Assembly: GCA_965228855.1 (NCBI GenBank)
Contig: CBDDIJ010000002.1
Coordinates: forward strand, 1,952,001-2,016,000
Reading direction: 5' to 3'
Length of the DNA stretch: 64,000 bases
Source: Candidatus Obscuribacterales bacterium
GTDB taxonomy: Bacteria; Cyanobacteriota; Vampirovibrionia; Obscuribacterales; Obscuribacteraceae
In this document: positions 10,158 through 19,854 of the stretch, one piece after another
How the letters are laid out: every line of letters starts with the position of its first letter
Position numbering within the stretch: position 1 is the stretch's first letter
Translations under genes and position numbers: made by a program
Notes under the pieces: generated by a model
The model's database searches: none
Told to the model about the DNA's origin: nothing
What the model saw: the letters and a program-made list of their open reading frames with translations, nothing else

Positions 10158-12974
10158 TTGTTTATAGGCGTTGATCATTTGACAAGTTCTGCAGACTTTG
10201 GAGAATTTCCCTACAGGCCCAGTCCGCTGGTGCAAAAACTGTTCGGTGTTCGGGATCTGAAACGGATTCTTGAAACGACCGTTCGGGAGCTCGGCGATAC
10301 GTTCAATGCCGATGCTTGTCAGGTGATGCTGTCCAATCCGCTGGACCCGAATGTCACCTCCATTTGCGAGTTTCGTGCCTCGCCTGATTCAACCGATAGC
10401 GAAGCCTGTGTGACGGTTCCGCTTGTTCTGCAAGGACGCACTTTTGGCTCCGTGAGCGTCAGTCGCGACACGCAGTTGACGCCTGATGAGCTCAACGCCC
10501 TGCGCGTTCTTCTGGGCGAACTCGGAGATATCATTCGCCTTGCCCAGATCAATGACATCGTCCAACGCGACACTTTCCGAGAAACCTTCCTCGTCGAAAT
10601 CGGCAACGTCATGGCCTATTCGATGGGTATTGGCGATGCGCTTTTCCTCGTGGTCAACATTCTGGGAAAGGCTCTGCAAGCCAGCCGTTGTCTGTTTATC
10701 TGCACTGACGAACAACAGGCGGGATGGAAGTGTTATGAGTTTTGGCAGCAGGACAAGGTTGCCAGCTGCCAGGAATATTACTGGCCTGCTACGGATTCAC
10801 CGCTGGTCGCTCAAGTGTTGCTTTCACGCACGCCGCTCAAAGTATTCGAAGGGCGCATGAATTCATACGTCTCTCCCGTTCAGGAAGAGCTGCAGTTCAT
10901 CAACGTTAAGTCATTGCTCGGTGTGCCGCTTCGCAGCGAAAAAGGCACACACGGTTGCGTGATTCTTCAACAATGCGACTACCGGCGAGCCTGGACGCGC
11001 AGCGAAACCGACATGGTGCAGAATGTCGCAGATAAAGTCGCAGAAGCGCTTCTCAAGCTGCCTGCGGAAAAGCTCGCGCGCGAGCCGATCATGCAGTTGC
11101 ATCAACGCATCGTCACTGCTAATCCTCAAGACCAGGGACAGTCGGACGTACAATTGCGTCGTGCCCTTAAGGGCGCTCTCGGACAGCAAGCGATTCCTTC
11201 GGCTCGGAAAACCTCGCAACAACAGATTCCAGCCGCCGCGCAGACACCGCCACCACCTTCTCCTCCACCACCACCTCCTCCTCCGACACCGCCACCTCCT
11301 GCAGTGACGATGCCAGATCCAATGGTCGCGAGTGTGGAAGGCGGCGTACCCATGGGCTTTGCTCCTGCAGAGCCAGTTCCGCCTCCGATGCAGCCTCAAC
11401 CTGCTATGCCGCAACCACCGGAGATGCAGCCACCAGCCCTGCAACCAGCCGCTGAAGCTCAAGCTCCGGCACAAGCTGCTGAAACCGCCAGTGGCGTCTG
11501 GGCGTCCCCGGCTGTCGCAATCGACTATACTCAATCACCCGAAATTCCAACTCCTCAAGCTCCCTCCGGCTCTCTCGATGTGACTGCGACCATGCCGGTT
11601 ACACCGCTTGAGAGTCTCGCACCCACTCCGGACGCCGGGCCGTCGCCGACTATCAAGCCCATAACGCGCACCGGACGCACTGACACCGCGCTGCAAAAGC
11701 CATCGGAAGATATGTTGTCTTCCGGGCGGCAGCAGAGAATGTCTGTGGAAATTGATCTCGGCGCTGCGCCTCCGAAAGCAGAAGATCCATACGCAGATCT
11801 CGATTTTGGAGACGAACCGCCAGCACCGCCTGCGGTGCCTGCTGAACCGACGGGGCCTTCCGTATCTCCGCTCGCGGACGCCATTGTGGCCCAGGCTATG
11901 CCGGTAGAGCCGGTCATGCCGCCGCCGGTAGCTCCGGCAGAAGCGCCGCTCGCCGCAGCGGTCGCCGAATCGACTACAGTTCCCTCCGGCACTGCTGAGC
12001 CAGTGGCCGAGGCGGGTGGCTGGGGTAATCTCGACGCCATCCCGACTCCCAAGAGCGGTGGTGCTGCCACTACATCTGGTGTCGCTCCCTCGTGGGGTAA
12101 TCTTGATGATATTCCTACACCGTCATCAGCTGGCGGCGGCGGTCTGGGCGGTGGTCTAAAAGGTTCAATGATGAGCAAGGCGAAAGCGACAAGTGCCGCC
12201 AGCCCGCTCATGTCATCTTTCAAGAAGTCTCGCGGAACTGAAGCGGTCAATTCGCCTCCTTCCGAAGCGGCAGCGGCTCCTGCTGCTCCTGCTCCTCCAA
12301 TCGACGAAGCGGCAGCTAAGAAGAAACTCGATCAAATAATGTCGAGTTCTACAAACGAGACATCTGATTACATCTTCCAAACACCCGGTCTCGATGCACG
12401 ATTGCTCGGTCGCATCGACGGTTGGGTTGCACAGATTGAACAAAAGGATCGGTATAAAAACGGTCACGCTCGCCAGGTTGCCCAATACGCTGTCGCTATT
12501 GCCGAAGAACTGGGTATGAAACCGCCTGAGGTCGCAACCATTCGCCAATCCGCTCTGGTGCACGATCTCGGAAAGCTCGGCATTCACCAGCAAATATTGC
12601 AAAAGGCCGATGACTCACTCGAAGACGAACAATTCGTTTTAAAAATGGGGCACGCAGTTGCCGGTGCCCAGCTGCTCGAATCGTTTCCGGATTTGAAACA
12701 CCTTGCACCAATCGTCATGGCGCACCACGAAGAATACGACGGCGAGGGCTTCCCGCAGGGTCTGAAGGGCGACGAAATTCCTGTCGCCGCGCGGATCGTA
12801 TGCGTAGCCAACAGCTATCATGAACTCGTTGCCGACAAGGTTTACGGAGCCGGAATGAATCCAACCGAAGCACAACAGCAAATGGTGGAAGGCGCCGGCA
12901 GCCAGTTTGATCCGACTCTTGTCGAAGCGCTCATTCAGGCAATTCAATCCGGCAAAGTCCCGCCGACTTGCTAA
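10158..12974 (+). CDS. Two GAF domains, Pro-rich linker and C-terminal HD-GYP domain protein
   Basis: GAF motifs (QQCDYRRAWTRSE), long P/A-rich linker, then GHARQVA, VHDLGK and HHEEYDGEGFPQGLKGDEIP. Confidence 0.85.
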   Translation: MFIGVDHLTSSADFGEFPYRPSPLVQKLFGVRDLKRILETTVRELGDTFNADACQVMLSNPLDPNVTSICEFRASPDSTDSEACVTVPLVLQGRTFGSVSVSRDTQLTPDELNALRVLLGELGDIIRLAQINDIVQRDTFRETFLVEIGNVMAYSMGIGDALFLVVNILGKALQASRCLFICTDEQQAGWKCYEFWQQDKVASCQEYYWPATDSPLVAQVLLSRTPLKVFEGRMNSYVSPVQEELQFINVKSLLGVPLRSEKGTHGCVILQQCDYRRAWTRSETDMVQNVADKVAEALLKLPAEKLAREPIMQLHQRIVTANPQDQGQSDVQLRRALKGALGQQAIPSARKTSQQQIPAAAQTPPPPSPPPPPPPPTPPPPAVTMPDPMVASVEGGVPMGFAPAEPVPPPMQPQPAMPQPPEMQPPALQPAAEAQAPAQAAETASGVWASPAVAIDYTQSPEIPTPQAPSGSLDVTATMPVTPLESLAPTPDAGPSPTIKPITRTGRTDTALQKPSEDMLSSGRQQRMSVEIDLGAAPPKAEDPYADLDFGDEPPAPPAVPAEPTGPSVSPLADAIVAQAMPVEPVMPPPVAPAEAPLAAAVAESTTVPSGTAEPVAEAGGWGNLDAIPTPKSGGAATTSGVAPSWGNLDDIPTPSSAGGGGLGGGLKGSMMSKAKATSAASPLMSSFKKSRGTEAVNSPPSEAAAAPAAPAPPIDEAAAKKKLDQIMSSSTNETSDYIFQTPGLDARLLGRIDGWVAQIEQKDRYKNGHARQVAQYAVAIAEELGMKPPEVATIRQSALVHDLGKLGIHQQILQKADDSLEDEQFVLKMGHAVAGAQLLESFPDLKHLAPIVMAHHEEYDGEGFPQGLKGDEIPVAARIVCVANSYHELVADKVYGAGMNPTEAQQQMVEGAGSQFDPTLVEALIQAIQSGKVPPTC

Positions 12975-13055
12975 GAATCTCGTTTCAATCATCAAAAGCA
13001 GGTAGAAGCCTGCATGAACGATTGCATTGACTCTATATATGGAAGGGCGCCCGGC

Positions 13056-13089
13056 AAAAAAATAGGCGACTCTTTCGAGCCGCCCATTC
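13056..13089 (-). terminator. Intrinsic terminator after rpsA
   Basis: GGCGACTC-TTTC-GAGCCGCC hairpin with A7 on the + strand (U-tract on the - strand), just past the rpsA stop. Confidence 0.65.
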
Positions 13090-13115
13090 TAAGTTTCTAT
13101 CTTTCGAAACTGGCT

Positions 13116-14270
13116 TTAGCCGCCAGATCCGAGCAAGTCGCTTACATCCATGCCTTTGAGGCTCAAGCTGATCTTGTGTTCTTTTGGCGAGAACTTCTTG
13201 ATCAGAGCTTTCACTTCTTGTCCGACTTGGACAACTTCTTCGGGCTTGACGTTGGGCTGTTCGCTCATTTCTACGGTCGGGAGCAGTGCATCGACACCCG
13301 GATAGATTTGAACGAATGCGCCGAACGATTGGATCTTTCTGACAGTACCGGTGATGACTTGTCCTTCTTCGAACTTGTCTTCAATTTCTTGCCACGGATC
13401 AGGCTGCATCTGCTTGAGTGACAAGCTGATGTGGCCCTTGTCCTGGTCGACTTTGAGAACCTTGGTGGTGACGATCTGTCCAACCTTCAAAACATCGCTC
13501 GGGTGCGAGACGCGCTCCCACGAGATTTCGGAGATCGGCAGCAAGCCGTCGAGTCCGCCGAGATCGATGAAGGCACCGAAGTCCGCGATACGGACAACTT
13601 CGCCGGATACGATCTGACCAGCTTCGAGTGTGTTCAAAATCTTCTCGCGTTGAGCAGCTTTCTCTTCTTGGACTGCCAGTCTTTGCGAGAGGATCAGTTT
13701 GTTGCGCTTGGTGTCGGTTTCCAAAATCTTCATCGGAATTTCCATACCGATCAATTCTTCCGGAGTCGTTCCCTTGACGCGCAATTGGCTTGCCGGAACG
13801 AATCCGCGCAATCCATATACGTCTACAACTACGCCGCCTTTGACGACAGCGGAAATTTTGGCGCGAATGGTTTCGTCGTTTTTCTTCTGGTCTTCGAGCT
13901 TGACCCAGCCGCGAGCTTGAGCAACGCGCTTGAGTGAAAGGGTCAGCTGACCATATTCGTTTTCTTCACGGAGAATGTAAAACTCGTATCTATCGCCGAC
14001 TTTGACGACATCTTCGATTTGATCCATCGGCATGTTGGATACTTCTTTTAAAGGCACGAAGCCTTCGGATTTAGCACCTACGTCTACCAGAACCCCATCG
14101 CGCTCGATGCGAACGATATCACCTGTGACGATGTCTCCCTGCTCATATCTGAATTGCAGAGTCTCTTCAAGAAGTTTTTCGAACTCTTCTCTGAGAGGGT
14201 TTTGCTCTACTTTGTTTTCCGACACTGAGTTTGTTTCTCCTTTGACCTTTGTTTGTGGCATTTTTGACAC
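13116..14270 (-). CDS. rpsA: 30S ribosomal protein S1 (four S1 domains)
   Basis: VDVGAKSEGFVP, GLRGFVPASQL, DFGAFIDLGGLDGLLPISEISWERV and SFGAFVQIYPGVDALL. Confidence 0.93.
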   Translation of the reverse strand: MSKMPQTKVKGETNSVSENKVEQNPLREEFEKLLEETLQFRYEQGDIVTGDIVRIERDGVLVDVGAKSEGFVPLKEVSNMPMDQIEDVVKVGDRYEFYILREENEYGQLTLSLKRVAQARGWVKLEDQKKNDETIRAKISAVVKGGVVVDVYGLRGFVPASQLRVKGTTPEELIGMEIPMKILETDTKRNKLILSQRLAVQEEKAAQREKILNTLEAGQIVSGEVVRIADFGAFIDLGGLDGLLPISEISWERVSHPSDVLKVGQIVTTKVLKVDQDKGHISLSLKQMQPDPWQEIEDKFEEGQVITGTVRKIQSFGAFVQIYPGVDALLPTVEMSEQPNVKPEEVVQVGQEVKALIKKFSPKEHKISLSLKGMDVSDLLGSGG

Positions 14271-14892
14271 GATCCTCTGGACACTGTATTCCCGCTGCCT
14301 ACGCGCTCATGAAGACGCTTGCAGCTTCGTTTGCCGCCGACTCAAAGTCATCCGGGGACAACGAGAAGTCGCGATGGGTCCAAAAGATCCACCATCCACG
14401 GCGAAAGAACTAATATAGAGTAAGTGCTGATGGGACTTCAAGAGCTCTCCTAAAGTATTTTGCGAACCTTTGCTGTTCACAAAACGCGGGACCATCCTCT
14501 TGCTTCGCGACGCCCACACCGGCTTGCTTGCGGTTCATTAACTACAGTCTAGCTCCTTTGTATATAAAGGTGTGTATATTCTTATCTTGCGCGAGATATA
14601 GAGGCGCTCGCTCTTGGCTATTTGCTCCGGCATGCTCTCATGCGGCTCTCCGTCGATCGACAAGCGTTAAGCACTTGCTTATCAATTTTGAAGCCGGCTA
14701 TATGTCTTGGTTGCACAAAAGATCTCGAATGGGTGCGAACGAAGGCGCGTTTGTATAACCGCGCCTTGTGAGGTTTTTCATAATGGTCCGGATCGTATCT
14801 TTTTGATTCATAATTTCTGTAATCGCCTGTTCATGGGTTTTCTGAAACACCTGTTTTCGAACTACTATTTCCTACCGTACTGAGGCATCGAC

Positions 14893-15483
14893 ATGAAAGT
14901 TAGAAATCTAGCTGCAACACTCGCGTTGGCATTTGCTTTGCCAATCGCTTTCCAAAGTTCATCCATGGCACAGGAATCGCTTGTGCCGGGAACCGACACA
15001 CAAGCCAATATCGATTCGGCAAAGGACCGCCTCGATAAAGCGAAGGTGAGACTCGATATCGCCAACAAGCAAGTAGAGGCTGCTAAAGCCAGACTCAAGG
15101 CTGCTGACGCAGAATTCAAAGCTGCCAAGGCTAACCTTGATTCAAGAAACCTCGAGCATCACGCCAAGAAGCTATCTGACGCGTCGGGACTTCCTGAGAT
15201 CACGGAAGGTCAAATCGAGCGGGGCAGAACCAAAGCTATAGCCGAGAAGGTCGTTGAGCCGGCTAAGACTGAAACCGCTCCAGCCGCTCCTGTTGATCTG
15301 TCGAATACCCGTCTCGACTTCAATGCTCAACCTGACAATGCACAACCCGTTCCAGGCGCAGCACCTGCTGTTGAGCCTCAATCGGAAGCTCCCAGTCAGG
15401 ACAAAGAAGCCTCAGCTCAGCCGGTATACACCATGGCACCGACCCAGGTAGCCGCGACCGAGCAACCCGCTATCGTTCCCTAA
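14893..15483 (+). CDS. Secreted hypothetical protein with a coiled coil
   Basis: Signal peptide (MKVRNLAATLALAFALPIAFQSSSMA), A/K-rich heptads and a P/A/Q tail; followed by a terminator. Confidence 0.7.
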   Translation: MKVRNLAATLALAFALPIAFQSSSMAQESLVPGTDTQANIDSAKDRLDKAKVRLDIANKQVEAAKARLKAADAEFKAAKANLDSRNLEHHAKKLSDASGLPEITEGQIERGRTKAIAEKVVEPAKTETAPAAPVDLSNTRLDFNAQPDNAQPVPGAAPAVEPQSEAPSQDKEASAQPVYTMAPTQVAATEQPAIVP

Positions 15484-15505
15484 GCCGGGATAGAGATTGA
15501 AAAGC

Positions 15506-15537
15506 AAAACGCCTGCCGTCAATGACGCAGGCGTTTT
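15506..15537. terminator. Bidirectional intrinsic terminator
   Basis: AAAACGCCTGC...GCAGGCGTTTT hairpin between two convergent genes. Confidence 0.75.
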
Positions 15538-15580
15538 TATTATTCAGTTTTGAAGAAGCCCAATCTCAGTGGTTTGAAAA

Positions 15581-16297
15581 CTAGGCGTTTTTCAGCTTTT
15601 CCATGGCTGCTTTGGCTGCTTCTTGTTCCGCTTCCTTCTTAGTGGCACCAGATCCGGTGGCGATTGCTTCTCCGGATATGCTTACGGCAATGGAGAAGAC
15701 CGGAGAGTGTGCCGGACCTTCGGTGCTGAGCACCGTGTATGCGGGCAGACCTTGTGCTCGAGCTTGAGTGTACTCTTGAAGCTGTGCTTTGAAATTTTGC
15801 TTGCATTCATCGCGATCAATTTCTGTTGCATGTGCGCCGAACAATCTCACGATGACGTTCTGCACATGGAACAATCCCTGATCTTGATAGATGGCGCCGA
15901 GAATGGCTTCCATTGCGTGTGCCATGATCGACGGTTTCATCTGGACCTGGCGTCCCAGAAGGATATAACGATCGAGACCTATCGTTCTCGCGATTTCCGC
16001 GAGCACCTTATCACTGACCAGAACAGCACGGATTTCCGTAAGTTGCCCTTCGTTGTAGTCAGGAAAGCGGTCTATCAGATATTCACTTACGACGAACTTG
16101 AGAACAGCATCGCCAAAAAATTCGAGCCGTTCGTAATCATTAGAGCCAGGGTGCTCTGAACTATATGATCCGTGCGTTAAAGCCTCATTGATTAAGACCA
16201 TGCGACCGCAGCTGACATGAAGCTTGCCCAAAAGCTCATCCAGCTCTTTCAAACGACGCGGACTCAGACTTTGCGTTTGGCTGGCTTCACCAGGCAA
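15581..16297 (-). CDS. rnc: Ribonuclease III
   Basis: EALTHGSY, YERLEFFGDAVL signature, EAILGAIY and a dsRBD (NFKAQLQEYTQ...GPAHSPVF...KKEAEQEAA). Start uncertain: TTG 16297 chosen, ORF open to 16432. Confidence 0.92.
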   Translation of the reverse strand: MPGEASQTQSLSPRRLKELDELLGKLHVSCGRMVLINEALTHGSYSSEHPGSNDYERLEFFGDAVLKFVVSEYLIDRFPDYNEGQLTEIRAVLVSDKVLAEIARTIGLDRYILLGRQVQMKPSIMAHAMEAILGAIYQDQGLFHVQNVIVRLFGAHATEIDRDECKQNFKAQLQEYTQARAQGLPAYTVLSTEGPAHSPVFSIAVSISGEAIATGSGATKKEAEQEAAKAAMEKLKNA

Positions 16298-16780
16298 AAC
16301 GCATGTTGCTACCGTTGACAAAGAAATACCGTTCTTCAATTTTGAATTCCCACTTGGACACCTATCTAACTTGTAATGTACGACCGCTTTGATCTCTTTG
16401 CACCCCTTTGTAAAACAATATTTCTCTAGCATTCACGATAAAAAATGTGTACCTGAAAGGGGCTTAAAAACTAAATTTCGGTAATCTTGCCTGGTCATTT
16501 TCTGGAGTAACAAAAAGACGGTTTTCATATAAGGCGGTTTCGCGCTCCAAATCTCAAGCAAGACTTGCAAACTCAAGTAATAAAGAGCTTGCAAGGAAGG
16601 CGATCCTTACGTCGCTATCATTTAGTCCCTGTGCCCGTTTGAAGCAATCCTGTTATCCTTAGCACTTGATTCTGAACAGTCCAACCTCTTGATAATGCGC
16701 TCCGGCTGCGTTTCCAAGCAAAGAATCTAGTTACAATGATCCCGTGTAGGGACGGCTTTGAATGGTGTTCTAGGAAATCT

Positions 16781-17179
16781 ATGTACGAGCTACAGCTGAC
16801 TCAAATAATCATTTTCGTACTCGCGGGATTCGCGCTACCGGCTCTGGGGATGATTCTCCTCGCCTGGGTGCTGCAGAATGTGTTGGGTTATCACCAACCG
16901 AACGCGATGAAGAATCAACCTTACGAATGCGGCATGAAGCCTTTGCAAGAAGCGATCGTGCAATTCGACATTCGTTATTACTTGTACGCGCTCCTATTTA
17001 TACTGTTCGACATCGAAGTCATTTTTATTATTCCGTGGGCACTGGCGACTGATAACCTGCCCAACATAATCACTGGAGACTCGCTCTGGCTCGGGCCAAT
17101 CGAGATGGCCGTTTTCCTCGTCATCCTCGCTTTCGGGCTTGCCTACGCCTGGAAGAAGGGCGCGCTTGAGTGGGAGTAA
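16781..17179 (+). CDS. nuoA: NADH-quinone oxidoreductase subunit A
   Basis: PYECGM, FDIRYYLYALLFILFDIE and YAWKKGALEW. ATG 16781 follows AGGA. Confidence 0.95.
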   Translation: MYELQLTQIIIFVLAGFALPALGMILLAWVLQNVLGYHQPNAMKNQPYECGMKPLQEAIVQFDIRYYLYALLFILFDIEVIFIIPWALATDNLPNIITGDSLWLGPIEMAVFLVILAFGLAYAWKKGALEWE

Positions 17180-17185
17180 AGCATC

Positions 17186-17854
17186 ATGTCCGAAGATAAA
17201 CCAACCACAGCATCATTTGCTCTTCCGGTCCCGGAAGAACTGCGCGATACAGTCACTCTGACCAACATCGACGCAATCACACAGGCTCTGTCTGACATCA
17301 TTTCACCAATTGCCAACCTGGCTCGTTCGAACTCCGTATGGCCGCTGACCTTCGGTACGTCATGCTGCGCGATCGAGATGATGTCGGTCGGTATGTCGAA
17401 GTACGATATCTCGCGTTTTGGCTCTGAAGTATTCCGCGCTACACCGCGTCAAGCCGACATGATCATCACGGCTGGAACCGTGACCAGAAAGATGGCTCCC
17501 GCTCTTATTACTCTGTACGAGCAGCTCCCGGAGCCGAAGTACGTTATCGCAATGGGCGCCTGCACTGTCACTGGTGGCATGTTTAACGACTCCTACTCTG
17601 TTGTGCAGGGTGTCGACCGTATCATTCCGGTCGATGTTTATCTGCCCGGCTGTCCTCCGCGTCCGGAAGCGCTTCTTGATGCTCTGATTAAACTGCAGCA
17701 TAAGATTCGCACCGAGAATTATGCGGATAGAAAGAAACGCATGTACCAGCAACGCGCGATCCGCTATGTCGACTACGACACCGGATTGCCAATGGAAGAT
17801 TTGGTCGACGAGGTTCGTGAAGATACCGCGTTAGCCCTCGGAAAAGCAGACTAG
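17186..17854 (+). CDS. nuoB: NADH-quinone oxidoreductase subunit B
   Basis: [28 protein letters not shown] and [12 protein letters not shown]. Confidence 0.96.
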   Translation: MSEDKPTTASFALPVPEELRDTVTLTNIDAITQALSDIISPIANLARSNSVWPLTFGTSCCAIEMMSVGMSKYDISRFGSEVFRATPRQADMIITAGTVTRKMAPALITLYEQLPEPKYVIAMGACTVTGGMFNDSYSVVQGVDRIIPVDVYLPGCPPRPEALLDALIKLQHKIRTENYADRKKRMYQQRAIRYVDYDTGLPMEDLVDEVREDTALALGKAD

Positions 17855-17882
17855 TAGATACGTTACGTAGAATCGCAAAACA

Positions 17883-18641
17883 ATGACAGACTCAACACCG
17901 GACAATACAAAACCGAAACCGCCAGAACTGAAGGCGGACGATAAGCCCGCGGAAGAGGCGAAACCAGCTGCCGATGCAGCTGCGAAGCCTGAGGAAAAGC
18001 CGACTGACGCTGCTGCTAAACCAGCCGCAGCCGCTCCTGCTGGCGCGAAAGCCGCACCTGCAGCCGCGCCTGCCGGTGCAAAGGCTGCGGCCCCAGCTGG
18101 TGCGAAAGCGCCCGCCGCTCCGCCGGCACCAAAAGAGCCTCTTAAGCCGGGCGTTTTCGGGACCTTCCTTTCGGAGCATGGAATTTCCTCTGAGCGTCTC
18201 GACGATCACGCTGGTGGCGTCGAGTGCATAGTTGTCGCTCCCGAGCACATTCAAAAGGCGTTGAAGCTCTTGCGTGGTTCGGAAGAAACCAAACTCAATT
18301 ACTTGCTCACTGTTTCCGGCGTCGAACAAAAGGAATCGTTCGAGTCGGTCTACCACCTGTGGTCTTACAACAATTTGAACGAGCTCGTTGTGAAAGTGCA
18401 GATCAAAAAAGCTGATGTGCCTGAAGGACAACTGCCGATGGTGCCCAGTCTGTCGCGCTTCTGGAAAGCGGCGAACTGGCATGAGCGAGAGACCTACGAT
18501 CTCGTCGGCATTCGATATCTCGGACATCCTTACCCGAGACGCATTCTCAACACATGGGACTGGGACGGTCATCCGCTCCGTCGCGATTATCTTCAACCGA
18601 TTGATGCGCTTAACGACAAAGCTCCTGGATCTTTCCGCTAA
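17883..18641 (+). CDS. nuoC: NADH-quinone oxidoreductase subunit C with an Ala/Pro/Lys-rich N-terminal extension
   Basis: AANWHERETYDLVGIRYLGHPYPRRIL...WDGHPLRRDY. Confidence 0.93.
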   Translation: MTDSTPDNTKPKPPELKADDKPAEEAKPAADAAAKPEEKPTDAAAKPAAAAPAGAKAAPAAAPAGAKAAAPAGAKAPAAPPAPKEPLKPGVFGTFLSEHGISSERLDDHAGGVECIVVAPEHIQKALKLLRGSEETKLNYLLTVSGVEQKESFESVYHLWSYNNLNELVVKVQIKKADVPEGQLPMVPSLSRFWKAANWHERETYDLVGIRYLGHPYPRRILNTWDWDGHPLRRDYLQPIDALNDKAPGSFR

Positions 18642-18661
18642 TGCATAGAGGCAACCGATAA

Positions 18662-19801
18662 ATGACTTCCGCCGATACAGAACTCAAACCATTAAAGACT
18701 GATGAGATGGTCATCAACATGGGACCGCAGCACCCTGCGACCCACGGCGTTCTTCGAATGGTGCTGACACTTGATGGAGAAATCGTCAGACACGCTGAAG
18801 CGGTCATCGGTCACCTTCATAGAGCGCAGGAGTGGCAAGGACAGAACCGTACCTGGTTCCAGTACCAAGCTCTAATCGATCGGGTAGACTATCTTTCCGG
18901 CATGTTTACCTCGCTGGCGATGGCTCGAGCTGCTGAGACTCTTGATGGCGGAGAAATTCCTGAGCGCGCCGAATACCTGCGCGTGATTGTCTGCGAGATG
19001 AACCGCATCACCTCTCACCTTCTCTGGTTGGGAACCTATTTGATCGACTTGGGCGCGATGTTTGGTTTCCCCTTCTATCCTTTTAGAGAGCGCGAAAAAC
19101 TTCTCGATTTGTTCGAAGAGATTGCCGGCCAGCGCATGATGTTTAACTACATCCGCATCGGTGGAGTTCAGCGTGATCCCAAGCCGGATTGGTTTAAACG
19201 CTTAGCTGCGTTCACCAAAGAGTTTCCGGATCGTGTTTCCGAATACGAGGCGATAGTCACAGAAAACCCTATCTTCTTGAAGAGAACAAAGGGCATTGGA
19301 ATTTTGCCATTGGAAACAGCGATGGAGTATGGCGTCACAGGACCGACTTTGCGCGGTTCCGGAAATGCGATGGACCTCCGAAAAGATAGACCCTATTCAA
19401 TCTATCCTAAGCTCGAGTTCCAGACGCACTGGTTCGACAAGCCGGAGGGTGGCGATACCTGGGATCGCTATATGCTCCGCATTCGTGAGATGCGCGAGTC
19501 CAACGAGATAATCAAACAGTGTCTCGACATGATCACCGAAGGACCGATCATGGGCAAAAAACAGATTGCCGGTATGCGTGTGAAAGCCGGAGAAGGTTTC
19601 GCCGCGATCGAATCGCCTCGCGGAACGCTGGGCTGCTACGTCATCTCCGATGGTTCTGACAAACCTTACAGATACAGATGGAGAAATCCCTCATTCTGCA
19701 ACCTGGCTGTTGTTGGTGAGATGTTAGTCGGTTCGCCAATCGCCGACATCATGGCAATTTTCGGATCCGTTGATGTCATCTTGCCTGACGTTGATCGGTA
19801 A
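18662..19801 (+). CDS. nuoD: NADH-quinone oxidoreductase subunit D
   Basis: INMGPQHPATHGVLR, DRVDYL, NRITSHL, IESPRG and C-terminal DVDR. Confidence 0.96.
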   Translation: MTSADTELKPLKTDEMVINMGPQHPATHGVLRMVLTLDGEIVRHAEAVIGHLHRAQEWQGQNRTWFQYQALIDRVDYLSGMFTSLAMARAAETLDGGEIPERAEYLRVIVCEMNRITSHLLWLGTYLIDLGAMFGFPFYPFREREKLLDLFEEIAGQRMMFNYIRIGGVQRDPKPDWFKRLAAFTKEFPDRVSEYEAIVTENPIFLKRTKGIGILPLETAMEYGVTGPTLRGSGNAMDLRKDRPYSIYPKLEFQTHWFDKPEGGDTWDRYMLRIREMRESNEIIKQCLDMITEGPIMGKKQIAGMRVKAGEGFAAIESPRGTLGCYVISDGSDKPYRYRWRNPSFCNLAVVGEMLVGSPIADIMAIFGSVDVILPDVDR

Positions 19802-19854
19802 GTTGAAACGGAACTCTCGGATACTAAAAGGAAGAACAAGGACAGCATCGAAAA

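Noticed and set aside
13014..13937. Plus-strand ORFs of 135 and 168 aa
   Set aside because: Antisense shadows of rpsA.
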